Shown: piece by piece, positions 25,543 to 51,000 of the stretch | Layout of the letters: every line of letters starts with the position of its first letter | How positions within the stretch are numbered: position 1 is the stretch's first letter | Source: Macrostomum lignano | Lineage: Eukaryota | DNA length: 64,000 bases | Assembly: GCA_002269645.1 (NCBI GenBank) | Contig: NIVC01001816.1 | Coordinates: forward strand, 62,001 to 126,000 | Direction: 5' to 3' | The notes under the pieces: generated by a model | What the model was told of the DNA's origin: nothing | The model's database searches: none | What the model saw: only the letters and a program-made list of their open reading frames with translations | Program-made: the position numbers and the translations under genes

Positions 25543-25949
25543 ACAATGTGTTTAGGAGCCAGCGGAGTCTGCGCTCATTGTGGGTCGTTGGCCCAATAAA
25601 AATGATTTGAAAAGCCTCAATGTTTTGATAATATTTCCAAGCCCACTACAATAAATCAATGGTACTTTCTGACAATGTCCAAAATTTTATTAAGTGATAA
25701 TTTATTCTGAAGAAAAATTGTGTAACAGTGCAATAATAAACTTTTGATTGTTTTTCTACGATAAGTACAATTATTCTTGGAGTACTCGTACTGTACTACA
25801 TAATTTGTTATCAATTTTTAAGATAAACTGAGTTTATTGATTATTATTGTGATTGTAATAAAATTATTGATAATAAATTTGTTTGATTGTGTTCTAATTC
25901 ATTATTTATGTGTAATATTTTTATTTTCTTTCTTTATTAAGGAATTGTA

Positions 25950-26240
25950 CGTCACACTGCCCCAATTGGGCCAGATGTGCAACCGACAGCTCAGCCGCAG
26001 CTATTGCGTGGCGCATCTGAAGGCTGCGTACGGCTGTTCCTGCAGTCCAAGGACTGGAGGGTCGCCACACACAGCCTCAATTACCCCAGCTAATGCTGGC
26101 ACCCATTTTACAGCTGGGTGAACTGAAGCAATGCAGAGTTAAGCGTCTTGCTCAAGGACACAAATTGTTCAGTGGGTCGAGAATCGAACCCCAACCTTTC
26201 AGTCGTGGGTCCGACTCTCTAACCACTAGGCTACAACCCC
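25950..26240 (-). mobile_element. tRNA-derived SINE (family B, CORE/MIR-like central domain)
   Basis: The reverse complement starts GGGGTTGTAGCCTAGTGGTTAGAG...GGTTCGATTC, then GTCCTTGAGCAAGACGCTTAAC...CACCCAGCTGTAAAATGGG, a CORE-like block. Other copies at 32835, 42640, 50430 and 52447. Confidence 0.85.
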
Positions 26241-26288
26241 CTAAGTATATTAGAAATTTATAAATGATTAGGATACTCCCAGCTTCAG

Positions 26289-29200
26289 ATGCACATGCAA
26301 AAAACTAAGGATAACATTTATCAATCTGTTTGTATTTCATGCATGTCTCTTCAACGAGTGACAGCTCTAACGATGGGCAGCCGCCATGTGTCGCTTCTCA
26401 GATCGACAATTCGACTGGCCTCATTTTTGCTATCTACTTCTCAGCGGCAGCATTTTTATCATTGCCTGTCTAGACCGCTGAATCTGTGTTCTCAACTAAC
26501 TACTCGACCGCTGGTTTCAGTAGTAGCCAGTTGCTATAGTAATAATAATAATAGTAACAGTACCAGGGTGGCTACAGACGGTGAGAAGCAGATTGAGTCG
26601 GCTTTGCGAACAGCTTTTCCCGGGACGCGTTCTGTCACGGTAGAGGATGTCAGTGGGGGCTGCGGTCAGATGTATCAGGTGGGTTATGCCCTGTGTTTTT
26701 AAAAATAAATTTCACTTTGTTGAAATTCGTTCAAGTTGTGGGCTAACGCAAATGTTTGAAGACAGGGGCCGTGTGCACCGTGCACGTTAAGCGATATTGT
26801 TGCACAACCGGCGAGAGGCATTACTGCCCATTCCGCCGACTCCTCTGAGCAGGCACACACTCACAGGAGTGTACAGCGGCCCTAACTATATTCATCGTTA
26901 GGCATGTACACTTCACTGTGCCTTGGGGGTTGGCCCTCAAGCTGGGCGTTAATTGCACGAGCAGAGCCAAGCCGAGATTACAATATGTAGCCTTAAATTA
27001 ATGTGACTGCACTTGGAATCGAGCCTGGGCCGCTGGCACACCAGAGCGCCGCGCCAGACTACTGGGCTACGGCTCTCCTTGCTAGCGGAAGTAACTAGCA
27101 AAACTTCGACTTGAACTTTGACACGTGAAATTTCTAGCCAACGAATGCACTAGCCGCTAACCCATATCATACTTAGCAATATCAGAAGTGACAGTCGATT
27201 TTCAAAAAACTATAGCTAAATTAAAAAAACTGCATTCAGTCCATTCCGGCAAGTGTTTTTCGTGGGCTACCATTTGCTGGATCCATATTTATCCAATCAG
27301 AATATGGCGTATCTCTGTGCTAGAATATCTGAGTATATTAGAGTGGAAATAGATCCCAGGACACTGGGCCAAACAGACGAGTTTTGAATTTCTTAGCTAC
27401 CGTCAACACGAACAACTATAAGCGGCATGCTGTCCAGATCTACATTTAAATATGCTGTGCTGCTCTATTACATAATCGTTGCCCAATACGCGTTGTGCAA
27501 TCAACAATGTCGCTTAAGCTACTCCTTCAAGGAGATCGATGGTTTTCTGTGCATTCGCCGTAAGTTCGTCCGCACCATCGACACCTGCACCAATCATGCC
27601 GGCTGCTCAATGCTGTGCGCCAGAGACCGGCGCTGTCAGGCGTTCAGCCTGGCTGACGGTCCGTGCCAGCTGTTCGTGTTCGACAAGTGCAGCAAGTCGG
27701 TGAGGGACTGCGGCTGCTCCAGGAGAGGTCGGGTGTTTGTGAAGCAGCAGCCGGGACTCGAGGCGGGCGCGCTGTGTCCGTCTGGCTACGGAGACGACCT
27801 GTGCGGAGTGAAGTACAAGCTGCACTCTTCCAAACTGATGGATTGGATGAAGAGTAGGCAGTTGTGCGAATCTGAAAGCGGTCTGGTAATTATGACCGAC
27901 GTAATGAATATCGCGGAAATGAATCATGTCGATTTATTGCACGAAAATTACAGCGTCGGAAGGTCATTCTGGTTGGGCGGTTGGCAGATTCCTGACAGTC
28001 CTGAGCCCGCAGGTGGCTGGATCTGGGTGTCCTGCAATATCGCTTTGAATAGCGCGCTGTGGGCTGCTGGCGAGCCAAACAATAATTTGTGGGTCGAGAA
28101 TTCGGTCTGTAGATACAAATCCAGTACCATGTTAAACGACTGCGGTGGAGCAGCAAAGCTGTCGGTTCTGTGTGAATGCGTATCTCCGTTTGATTGAGCA
28201 AGCCTGCAACTGACCTTAATTGACGAGATGGTGTTTACTGTTACCTGCGATAAAATAGTTCGCTGTCCTCTTACCTCTATATTAGTACATTCTTTAATTG
28301 GAATATTAAAGAGTCTCTTACTCTATTGTCGTGGAATTATCAGGTGTAAACTCGACGAAAACGCATCTGGTTTAAAGAACAGATCCGTCACTCAAAATTT
28401 GTTTATTCAGGCAACGCCCTTAGCCAAGCCTATAATATTATATTGACAGTCAACACCTGAATGAGAAATTGCTTTCAAAGAGGCTTGCAACAAAGTGCTA
28501 GTCTCTTTATTTCTGCTGGAAAGTTTTTTCTTTATTTTCCCAAACTGCATTACAAGTAGCTGGTGGCTACGTTGTTTGGGCGTAAAAGTTTTTTGGTAAT
28601 ACAAAACTCGGTTACAAGGACTAGGTTGAAATTTCATAGCATCGAAAACTTTTAGCAAGACTTCATAAGGTCGAAATTTCACTACGTAGAAAACTACTGC
28701 ATGTTCTTGTTATATTAAGTTTTTTGACGTTGTAAAATTTCGACTTTGTGAAAGCACCCCTATTTTGTTACACAGTCAGCTAAGGATGATAAAATTAGAT
28801 TCATGAAACCAATGAGTCGAGCTGTGCCATTCTTATTATTTTAGGCACAGTATACATGCACGATCGACGTAGGATATAGGATTAATATATATAGAATTTT
28901 AATTTTCTAAACGAAAGTCTTAATGAACATCAATAGAGTCGTAAGAAAGGCAAGATATACACTCAGCAACAGTCAAAACCGCCACCCTACCGAGAGAGGC
29001 GACTTCTCTCTCACCTCAACTGCAAGTGACGTAACTTGCGCCACGGTGTGATGCAGTGTACAGTGTCAGTGTCTTTCGACCAGCGACTTTTTAATGTTGT
29101 TGACTATTATATATCCAATCAATAATAGTTTTTAATATCATTTCAACTTGGGACTAAAATTGCCTCAATAGTTTGGTAGCTAGCTACTTGGTTGCAAATT

Positions 29201-30490
29201 GATAGAATGAATGTTGGAAAAAGTTTTAACTTGTCGAAAATATTTGACAAACAAACGTCAATTCTTACAATCTAGTTCAAGTGACTTTTCGTGTGAACCC
29301 GCGCCATCTAGGAGGCGTTGCTCACCAATTGCAAATAGAGTCTGTCTTGTATCCTACTGAAATGTAAATAAGCCACATTCGGTATGAAAGATTCTGATTT
29401 ACTCTAGCTAGAGTGCATGTGTGTGTGGACAGATTCAGGTCGGCATTTGAGTGACTGCTCATGGAAACTTACCCGAAAATTTGAAATATTGAAAACTTTC
29501 GGCCTGATGTAGCCAATTACTGCTACTACTGTTAGCAAGTGTGCCTTTTATATGAGTTCACAATGTCAGTTGACTACACTATAAAGTTTTTTTTCATTTC
29601 TGTATGCACATCGCCATATCGAATTTCGAACGAAAAATCTCCGATAACAAACACTGAATGAGGATTACGGTTGCAAAATAAAAAAGATGACTTAGACTTT
29701 GCGTATGTCAGAGTTAGTCTACTGATGAGTAGAAAGTATAGAGTGTGGCGCAAAACTTGCCAATGGGTGAACTCTCTTTTGCCAGCCCATTAGGTCGGAT
29801 CACTTTCACAGGCTCGAAGTTTCACATCGTCGAAAACTAAAATTGTCGGTCACTTTCACAGGCTCGAAGTTTCACATCGTCGAAAACTAAAACTGTCGGT
29901 CACTTTCACAGGCTCGAAGTTTCACATCGTCGAAAACTAAAACTGTCGGTCACTTTCACAGGCTCGAAGTTTCACATCGTCGAAAACTAAAACTGTCGGT
30001 CACTTTCACAGGCTCGAAGTTTCACATCGTCGAAAACTAAAACTGTCGGTCACTTTCACAGGCTCAAAGTTTCGCATCGTCGAAAACTAAAACTGTCGGT
30101 CACTTTCACAGGCTCGAAGTTTCACATTGTCGAAAACTAAAAATGTCGGTCACTGTCACTCACTAACTAGCCTTTTTAACGATGTGAAATTTCGAGCTTG
30201 TGAAACGTCTTCACGATCGAAGTCTGCAGGGACAGAAACCGGTCCTGATAGTATCGCCTGCGATCGATTCCACTTTAATTACAATACGTTAATTACCGCT
30301 ATATTGTCTATCTATCCCTTCTTGCCTGCCAACACAGGTGCGTATTGTTGCTGACGAGTTTCGCGGCGCCCGCACCCTGGCCCAGCATCGCATGGTGAAG
30401 GCCGCCCTGGCCAAATTCATTCCCGACATGCACGGCCTGTCCATTGACACAGAGGCTCCGCCAGCTGCCGATGGTGCACCATCAAAATGA
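26289..30490 (+). CDS. BOLA3: Mitochondrial BolA-like protein 3 (Fe-S cluster maturation)
   Basis: Exons 26289-26678 and 30338-30490, phase 0. Splices to DGEKQIESALRTAFP...VEDVSGGCGQMYQ|VRIVADEFRGARTLAQHRMVKAAL...MHGL. SGGCG is the BOLA3 signature, and the N-terminus is Arg/Ser-rich like a transit peptide. Alternative Met at 26343 or 26373. Confidence 0.92.
26767..27080 (-). mobile_element. SINE family A copy, diverged, BOLA3 intron
   Basis: Colinear with 596-958, with small deletions. Confidence 0.85.
27427..28197 (+). CDS. Secreted PAN/Apple + C-type lectin domain protein (256 aa), intronless, nested in the BOLA3 intron
   Basis: ATG-started ORF with a hydrophobic N-terminus. It has a PAN-like Cys pattern (CSMLCARDRRCQAFSLADGPCQL) and a CTLD with W..SRQLC, FWLGG, W.W, WAAGEPNN and C..C. 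Confidence 0.82.
   Translation: MLSRSTFKYAVLLYYIIVAQYALCNQQCRLSYSFKEIDGFLCIRRKFVRTIDTCTNHAGCSMLCARDRRCQAFSLADGPCQLFVFDKCSKSVRDCGCSRRGRVFVKQQPGLEAGALCPSGYGDDLCGVKYKLHSSKLMDWMKSRQLCESESGLVIMTDVMNIAEMNHVDLLHENYSVGRSFWLGGWQIPDSPEPAGGWIWVSCNIALNSALWAAGEPNNNLWVENSVCRYKSSTMLNDCGGAAKLSVLCECVSPFD
29790..30210. repeat. 50-bp tandem repeat (GGTCACTTTCACAGGCTCGAAGTTTCACATCGTCGAAAACTAAAACTGTC), ~7 copies plus an inverted copy
   Basis: Direct copies at 29790-30150 and an inverted copy at ~30175-30210. Related motifs occur in both orientations at 28620-28755. Confidence 0.85.
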
Positions 30491-31434
30491 CCCCGTGGCT
30501 TGCTGCTAGACTTTTGATTTAATTTAACGTTAAACTTTAGCATATAGCAACCATGAAAATTTCAATTATGCATGACTTCGCATGCTCGAACTGCACTACT
30601 TAGTGCCGTGCTTGATTAGTAGCAGCTAAAGATGTTTTTTTAATAAACAACAAAGTTGCTGAGATCGTTGAGATCTGATAAATAAGTCTAATCGAACATC
30701 TATGCCTTTGTTTCAATGGCCAATTGGTAATGTATTGCACTTATTTATTTATAGCTATGCAAATAAGGGTAATTTATAAGCAAATTTAATATTTTATACT
30801 TAGATTTATCGTAATAGTCATTAGAAAAATTGAGGTTTTTTTATTACAGGAATATCTGTTTTATAAAAGTTCTAAATAGATGGCTCTAGAAAGTTTTAAA
30901 GGGCTTTAATTTAAGCATGTACAGTATAATGTGTCATAGGCATATAGAAAGGCATCAAAAACAGACTACAAGCAAAGAAAAGTGATTAAATTAACTTAAG
31001 CAAGAGCTCCTATACATGCATTTATAACGTGTCGAATTTATTGTACTGAAGCGTAGGTGTTGAAGCCTTTGAATGTCGTAATGTGTGCGTTTTAAAACAA
31101 ATAGACTATAACTAATAAAGTTAAATGTTAGATTAGCTACTTCTAGTAATTTCATCATGCTAAAAGTATTATTTATTCCGAACCCAAAATAGCGGTGTGT
31201 TAGTAATTCAAGGAACCAAACATTTTACATGCATTAGCGATTGCCCATCTCCACCCTGCAACACCCTCCCTCACAGCACCCACCACCCCATAGAAGTCAG
31301 TATCTCGCTCCCACCGGTCTCGGTCTCGCAACCACCACCACCCCTCACCCACACATACTAGGATAACTAGAATAGTTACTAGAATATACTAGCTCGTATA
31401 TATAATAGATACTAGAATAAATATTCTAGTATGT

Positions 31435-32100
31435 GTGTTTCACCCGCACCCACTACTACCTCATAGAGGTCAGTCTCGCACCCACCACTCCTCAAACAAG
31501 CACCCACCACCCCATAAAAGTCAGTCTTGCACCCACCACCCCTCATACAAGCGCCCACCACCCCATAAAAGTCAGTCTTGCACCCACCACCCCTCACACA
31601 AGCGCCCACCACCCCATAAAAGTCAGTCTTGCACCCACCACCCCTCATACAAGCGCCCACCACCCCATAAAAGTCAGTCTTGCACCCACCACCCCTCACA
31701 CAAGCGCCCACCACCCCATAAAAGTCAGTCTTGCACCCAACACCCCTCACACAAGCGCCCACCACCCCATAAAAGTCAGTCTTGCACCCAACACCCCTCA
31801 CACAAGCGCCCACCACCCCATAAAAGTCAGTCTTGCACCCACCACCCCTCATACAAGCGCCCACCACCCCATAAAAGTCAGTCTTGCACCCACCACCCCT
31901 CACACAAGCGCCCACCACCCCATAAAAGTCAGTCTTGCACCCAACACCCCTCACACAACGCCAACCACCCCATAAAAGTCAGTCTCGCACCCACCACTCC
32001 TCAAACAAGCACCCACCACCCCATAAAAGTCAGTCTTGCACCCACCACCCCTCACACAAGCACCCACCACCCTATAGAAGTAGTCTCGCACTGGCCACCC
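31435..32100. repeat. C-rich 51-bp tandem repeat, ~12 copies, between the convergent 3' ends of BOLA3 and the MATH gene
   Basis: Unit CCCACCACCCCATAAAAGTCAGTCTTGCACCCACCACCCCTCACACAAGCG. Confidence 0.92.
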
Positions 32101-32222
32101 TTACCCACCACTGCTGCTTACTCAGCAACCGGATTATACGGTAGAAGTTATCCTTCTAAGATTAGGTAATCTTATCAGTGTTACGGTCGTACGAGCGTAT
32201 TTATATTTAAATCAGTAAAGTT

Positions 32223-45689
<13,467 letters not shown>

Positions 45690-48051
45690 CTGTGACGGCT
45701 TCTGTGAGCTGAAGAGCTGCCGGATGCCATTGACGATGCCGAGTTAGTGATGCTGCAGCCTCAGCTTAATTAACAGAACTGGGGCATTTACCTCGGGTCA
45801 GGTGAGTGCAGATTCAGTTGGTTTGGGAACGCAGAACCTTAGGGGAATCTGCGAGGCTTCAGCTGCTGCTCAGCCGTCCTCGCAGCATTTTATTGCTTCA
45901 TACTTCAGTGGGCGCCTCGCCCGATTGAGCCGCTGATGAAGAGAGTTGATTGGCCCGGCCCCGGAGAGTCCGTACCAATTTGGGCTGGGGGGAGGGGAAT
46001 TGATATAGGCTCTCAGCTGTAACATTCCTTGCCTAATTCATGGACTTCTAGAGACATGAAATCTGGATTGAAAAAGTTTATTAATAGGCGTGCTGTTGGC
46101 TTCTAGCACAATTGAAATATTTTTAAATCGAAATTTAATTATAATAAAACAGTTGACTCATAAAACTATGAAACGAGACGAAACTAAAAATCAAAGTTTC
46201 ATGTGTACAAGTTTTCAATCCAGCTTCTACGTGTACACGGAGCTCCATGGCTCACTGCTCTCTGACGTTGGATGCATTGGGGAAGGGGGGAGTATAGCAG
46301 TGCCGGCCTCTCCCATCGGTCCTACTCTATACACAGAGAAATAATGCAATGGGAACAATGCAAACTATATAAGTACCGGAGTGAGAGAAGGGTTGAAGAG
46401 ACAGAGAGGATGTGTGCGTGAGTGTGCGTGTGCGGTGGACCTCCTGCCCATGGATTTTTGGTGGAGACTCTGCTTACGAAGGGAAATTGGGCTTGGAATC
46501 TTGGATGCTAGTCGTCGGCGGTGGGCGGTACAGGATGAGAGAGGGATTACAAGATGCAGAGAGGAAGCTGGACTTCCATGGTCCATGGGGCGCTAGCTCT
46601 GGGCCTTTCTCCTGCCTATGTTCCGTAGCTTTGGTGCTACACTGCTTCCAGCTGTCCAGCTGTCGGTAGAGTGATTAGCCTAACGCAGAGCCATGAGCCG
46701 CTGAATTAAAAGGACGCTTGTACACTCGATTATTTTATTAAAAACATAAAGATTTTTGAACGCAACGCAATTAAAAGTGATTTTTCGTCAATCTTATTTG
46801 AGGCTATATGAACCACAGACCATGAAGTTCAACCATAGACAATAGCAAGCCGGCACGCTGGAGAAGGTGTGACAAAAGGTTTTTTATCAGTTTCTAAAAA
46901 TAAATTTCTCCTTTAGACTTAACTTAAAGGAGGTTTTGCCATAGACAAAATTCAAAATTTGGAAATTCTGCACGCGCACTCGTGTTTGGCCATTATTTCA
47001 GCCCCTTACCTACTACGCAATCTACTATTGTAATAATTGTTTTGTAAAAAAGAACATTTTTACCCAGCTAACATAAAACTTGTTCATAAAACATAAAACA
47101 CACACTTGTTCAGTTATCAAATTTTTGGGAGCCCAGAAGGTGAAATATCGTGAGAATTTAGCGTTAAAAACAAACTAACAAAAACAAACTAACGAAATTT
47201 GCACGACTTGCGAATGTGGCATCTTTCTGCTCGAGCGATCTATACTCGGGATGCAAATTTATATTTTTTGAGAACGAAACCTCTTTGAGAGCTTCTCAAT
47301 AACGTGTCACTCTAGCTGTTTTTGCTATTTTAAAACGAGTTTCACGCCGAGAGAGAGGCGAATCGAAACGGAGAGACTTGATACTGCCGGTCGATACTCT
47401 CGAAGCGAGACACCATTGCAAATCTCAGGCCTCGGGAGAGGAGGGGTTTATTTGGCTCATGTTTCCCTATCAATCCTGCTGATTAGGTCGCACTCGAGCA
47501 GGTAAAAGGATAGCTCGTATAATTATTAATGCCTTCCCATAATACCGGAGCAGCTTTTGCTAACTCTGATGATGATCATCGAACTGCTATAGTAAATCCT
47601 AGATGAAAGGAGGAAGAATGAGGATTAAATGAGTACGATTTTAGGTAAGACTTAAGACCCCAAATCCTCAAATCCTTGTAGATCAGATCGATTTAACAAC
47701 TGATATCAATTTGATAGATGATGAGTAGGCACCATTTAAAGCAGCGTATTATCATAAGTGCAATTTCGACAAAATAAACATACACTCGGAAAAATGAGTG
47801 AAAATTTTTAGCATCAATCTCCGACTTTTGGAGCAACAGCAAACAGCTGATAGTAACGAGCTTAAAAACGACTTTAATTTTTATACGACCTGTCAACTAC
47901 AGAGTGAAAAGGATGCTGCGAGTTACATTGTAGGTTTACAATGCTTTAACCTACATCCCACACTTTTGAGCGCATCTTCAGTCAACCATTGAAACCATCA
48001 ACAGCTACCTGGTTAACTAGACATATCTCAAAGCTTTAAGTTGAATCAGCT

Positions 48052-51000
48052 TCAATCAGTAGACGGCAGTTCCATGGTTGGTGGCGGGTTAATCCGCATC
48101 TGCCATCGCTCGAAGGCGATACGGAGCAGCTTGCCAAGACTGACCTCCAACAGCTTGGCCCCAACCAAGCCAGCAGACACCCAGATTGTTATTCCAATTA
48201 TTAACGGCTGGAAAGTCTCGGTACACCAGGTGCGCAGGTGACGCAGAGCGTCCGCTTCCGGCGGCAGCGGATCCAAGCACTTCTCGGCGTCGTGACAAAC
48301 TTCAAACTCGGCCTCCGGACCGAAACAGTCGACGCTGGGGCCGAGGCAGACTCGACGACGTTTCTTAGTGACGTCACCGAATCGGTGGCTGCAGTGCGGA
48401 CTGCAGGGCGTCCAGGGAGTCCACTGCGACCAGAGACCTTTCAGGTGTTCGCAGCTCTTGCCATGGAAGCCGTGCTCGCACTGGCAGGACGTGTTGCTGC
48501 CGTCCTGGCTCTCAATGCAGCTGCCATAGAGGCAAACTCGCTTTGTGCACAGTGTCTCAGTCTTGTAGCAGTTGCTATAGGGATGATCTCTGCTAGGCAG
48601 GTAGCCGGGGCTGCATTTGCATCTGTACAGGCTGGTGCCAATCTCTGGCACGCATTCGTTGCCAGTGAAACCAGTGACGCGACATGCTTCATTGCCAGTC
48701 ACAAGTTCCGGATGGTGCGATCTGAGAGTGTGGTTGTTGAATTCGGTTGATACTAGTTTTTATGAATCTTGCAGTAAGATATTTAGCGAGTATAATGAAC
48801 TCTGCAAATCTTAAATCTGGTTTGCAAGCCACTAGACAAACAGACACAAGTGCCTCATTGAAACACTCCCATGTTTGTCAAAGTTTTTTATTTATATTTT
48901 ATTGATACACTTTGGAGTGTCTGTAAAAGTACCTCACTGACACACACCCCTCGAGTGTTTGTAGTTGTTAAACTGTTTCATTGATACACTTCAGAGTGTC
49001 TGTCAAAGTACCTCACTGACACACACCCCCTCGAGTGTTTGTAGTTGTTTTTAAGTGTTTCATTGATACATTTCAGAGTGTTGGTAAAAGTACCTCAAAG
49101 TACAATTAAAATTGTACTTGTATATTAAAGTGCAGCTGCAAAAGTTAGGGGTAAGTGTAAAGAGTCTCTGCTATGAGTCGAAATACGTTTAATAGATTTC
49201 GTCATAGCTTGACTCGCCTGTTAATGCACGCATTGTTTCTCGCCCGGCATCTTCGGCCCATAAAACTGCTGTGACAGACGCACGTGACCTGTCCTGAGGT
49301 GACATTAAACTTGCAGGCCGAAGTGCCCATCTTGCTGCAGAACATGTCGCCCCTGCACAGGTCCATCGGTTTGCACTGGCCGATGTTGCGATCGAACTGG
49401 AAATTATGCCGGCACTTGCACTCGTAGTCGGTCTGCAGGAAGCCGAGAACAACGCAACTACCTGTGGCAAAGTTTTTTCTGGCGCACGGATTTCCGAGAC
49501 ACGGATTGGGACAGATGTAGCGCTGCTGTCGAAATGCTTCAGTCGATGCGTTGAGCAGCAACTCTGAGCAATTGGCCAATGAATTTCTAAACTCAGCATA
49601 TGATTAGCACTGAACCCGACTTGGGTAGTATAATTCGTTCAATTGAGACTATGAACAAGCCTACAGACGTCAATAATGTCAAGAGGAAATACATTCTGCG
49701 ACAGCTGAAAATATCCTGCCTATTTTCAAGGGCTACAGCTCCTGTACATGTACCACATCCCGTCTGTACAATAGACACGGTAGCTTCAATGGCTTTAGTT
49801 ATTCAACGGCCGAATTTGTCTACATTGGTAAAACATCGGACCAAACACACGCATTAGTTGTCAATGCAATCCCCTTTGGCCCCCTTGAACTCACTTTTGT
49901 AGCGCATACAAAAGTTGTAAATGTATAAAGCCGACAGTGTGTCGATGTCCCGAATCGGATAGCAGCTTTTCTCCTTATAGGGCAGGTAGAATATTGGCCC
50001 GAATGTGTGCGGATTCTCGTATCGTCTGCTGAACCCATCGAACCGGGTGACCATGCCGAGATCCAGCTGAGAATAATAGTCGATGGCGAACGGGTCAAGC
50101 AGGCCCAGGAATCTGTGCCAGGAGCAGCGGGGCTGCTTGATTTCGTTGCAGTTATCCATCAGTTTTTGCCAGTCCATTTGATGCAGCATTGTGTTAAAAG
50201 TGTGAATCTGTGTTGGAGTCAAGACAGGAATTTGACCTTACAATTCTGATTTTCAAAACCCTTTGTTTCTTTTTAATGCAATGTTAATCGACTAGAAGTT
50301 TAAGAAATTTAAAGTTTAAGCAATACGGAATCCGAGAAACGATCTGAAGTTCAACCCACCTGAAATTCTAATTACCTGAGGTTCATTGGGTCAACCAAGT
50401 TCGTTCAGTTCACCCGAAATTTCAGGTGGTTAGAGTGTCGGACTCGTGACTAAAAGGTCGGTGGTTCGATTCTCAAACCACTCGGAAAAATTTGTGGTCC
50501 TTGAGCAAAGACACTTAACTTTGCATTGCTTCAGTTCACCCAGCTGTAAAAAGAATGCCAGCATTAGCTGCTGTAATTGAGGGTGTGTGTGTTGACCCCC
50601 CAGTCCTTGGACTGAACAGCCGTACGCAGCCTTCAAATAGCTGCGGCAGTGCATTCTTTACGTTTGTCAAAGGCATCACTCAATACAGACTTTACCTGAA
50701 ACAACTCGTTGCAATTGTTGGCATCGCGAAGCACCCTACAGGCTTTTTGCTGCCTAGGATTTTTCGTACGGTCCTCAACGCAGAAAGTGCCTTGAAGTCG
50801 AACCCACCAGAACAAAACTGGCAGGGCTCCGCTGGCGTAGGCATTTCCAGGAAACCCGGACTCCATTGATTTCACAATTGGATTAGTCATCAGGTTGAAA
50901 GTTCTCAAACCGAGCATCCGATAAGAATTGGTGCCTCTGGGCCGGATTAGGCCAGCGTTCCGGTCGCGTATTCGCATCAGTTCCAACTCGCCAATCAGAT

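Noticed and set aside
29719-29745. CTGATGAGTAGAAA hammerhead-like core (a similar one at ~47573)
   Set aside because: No stem II is possible here, and the second lacks GAAA.
31412-32169. His/Pro/Thr-rich 17-aa repeat ORFs on both strands
   Set aside because: A 51-bp unit is open in several frames by arithmetic; no signal peptide, splice support or unique domain.
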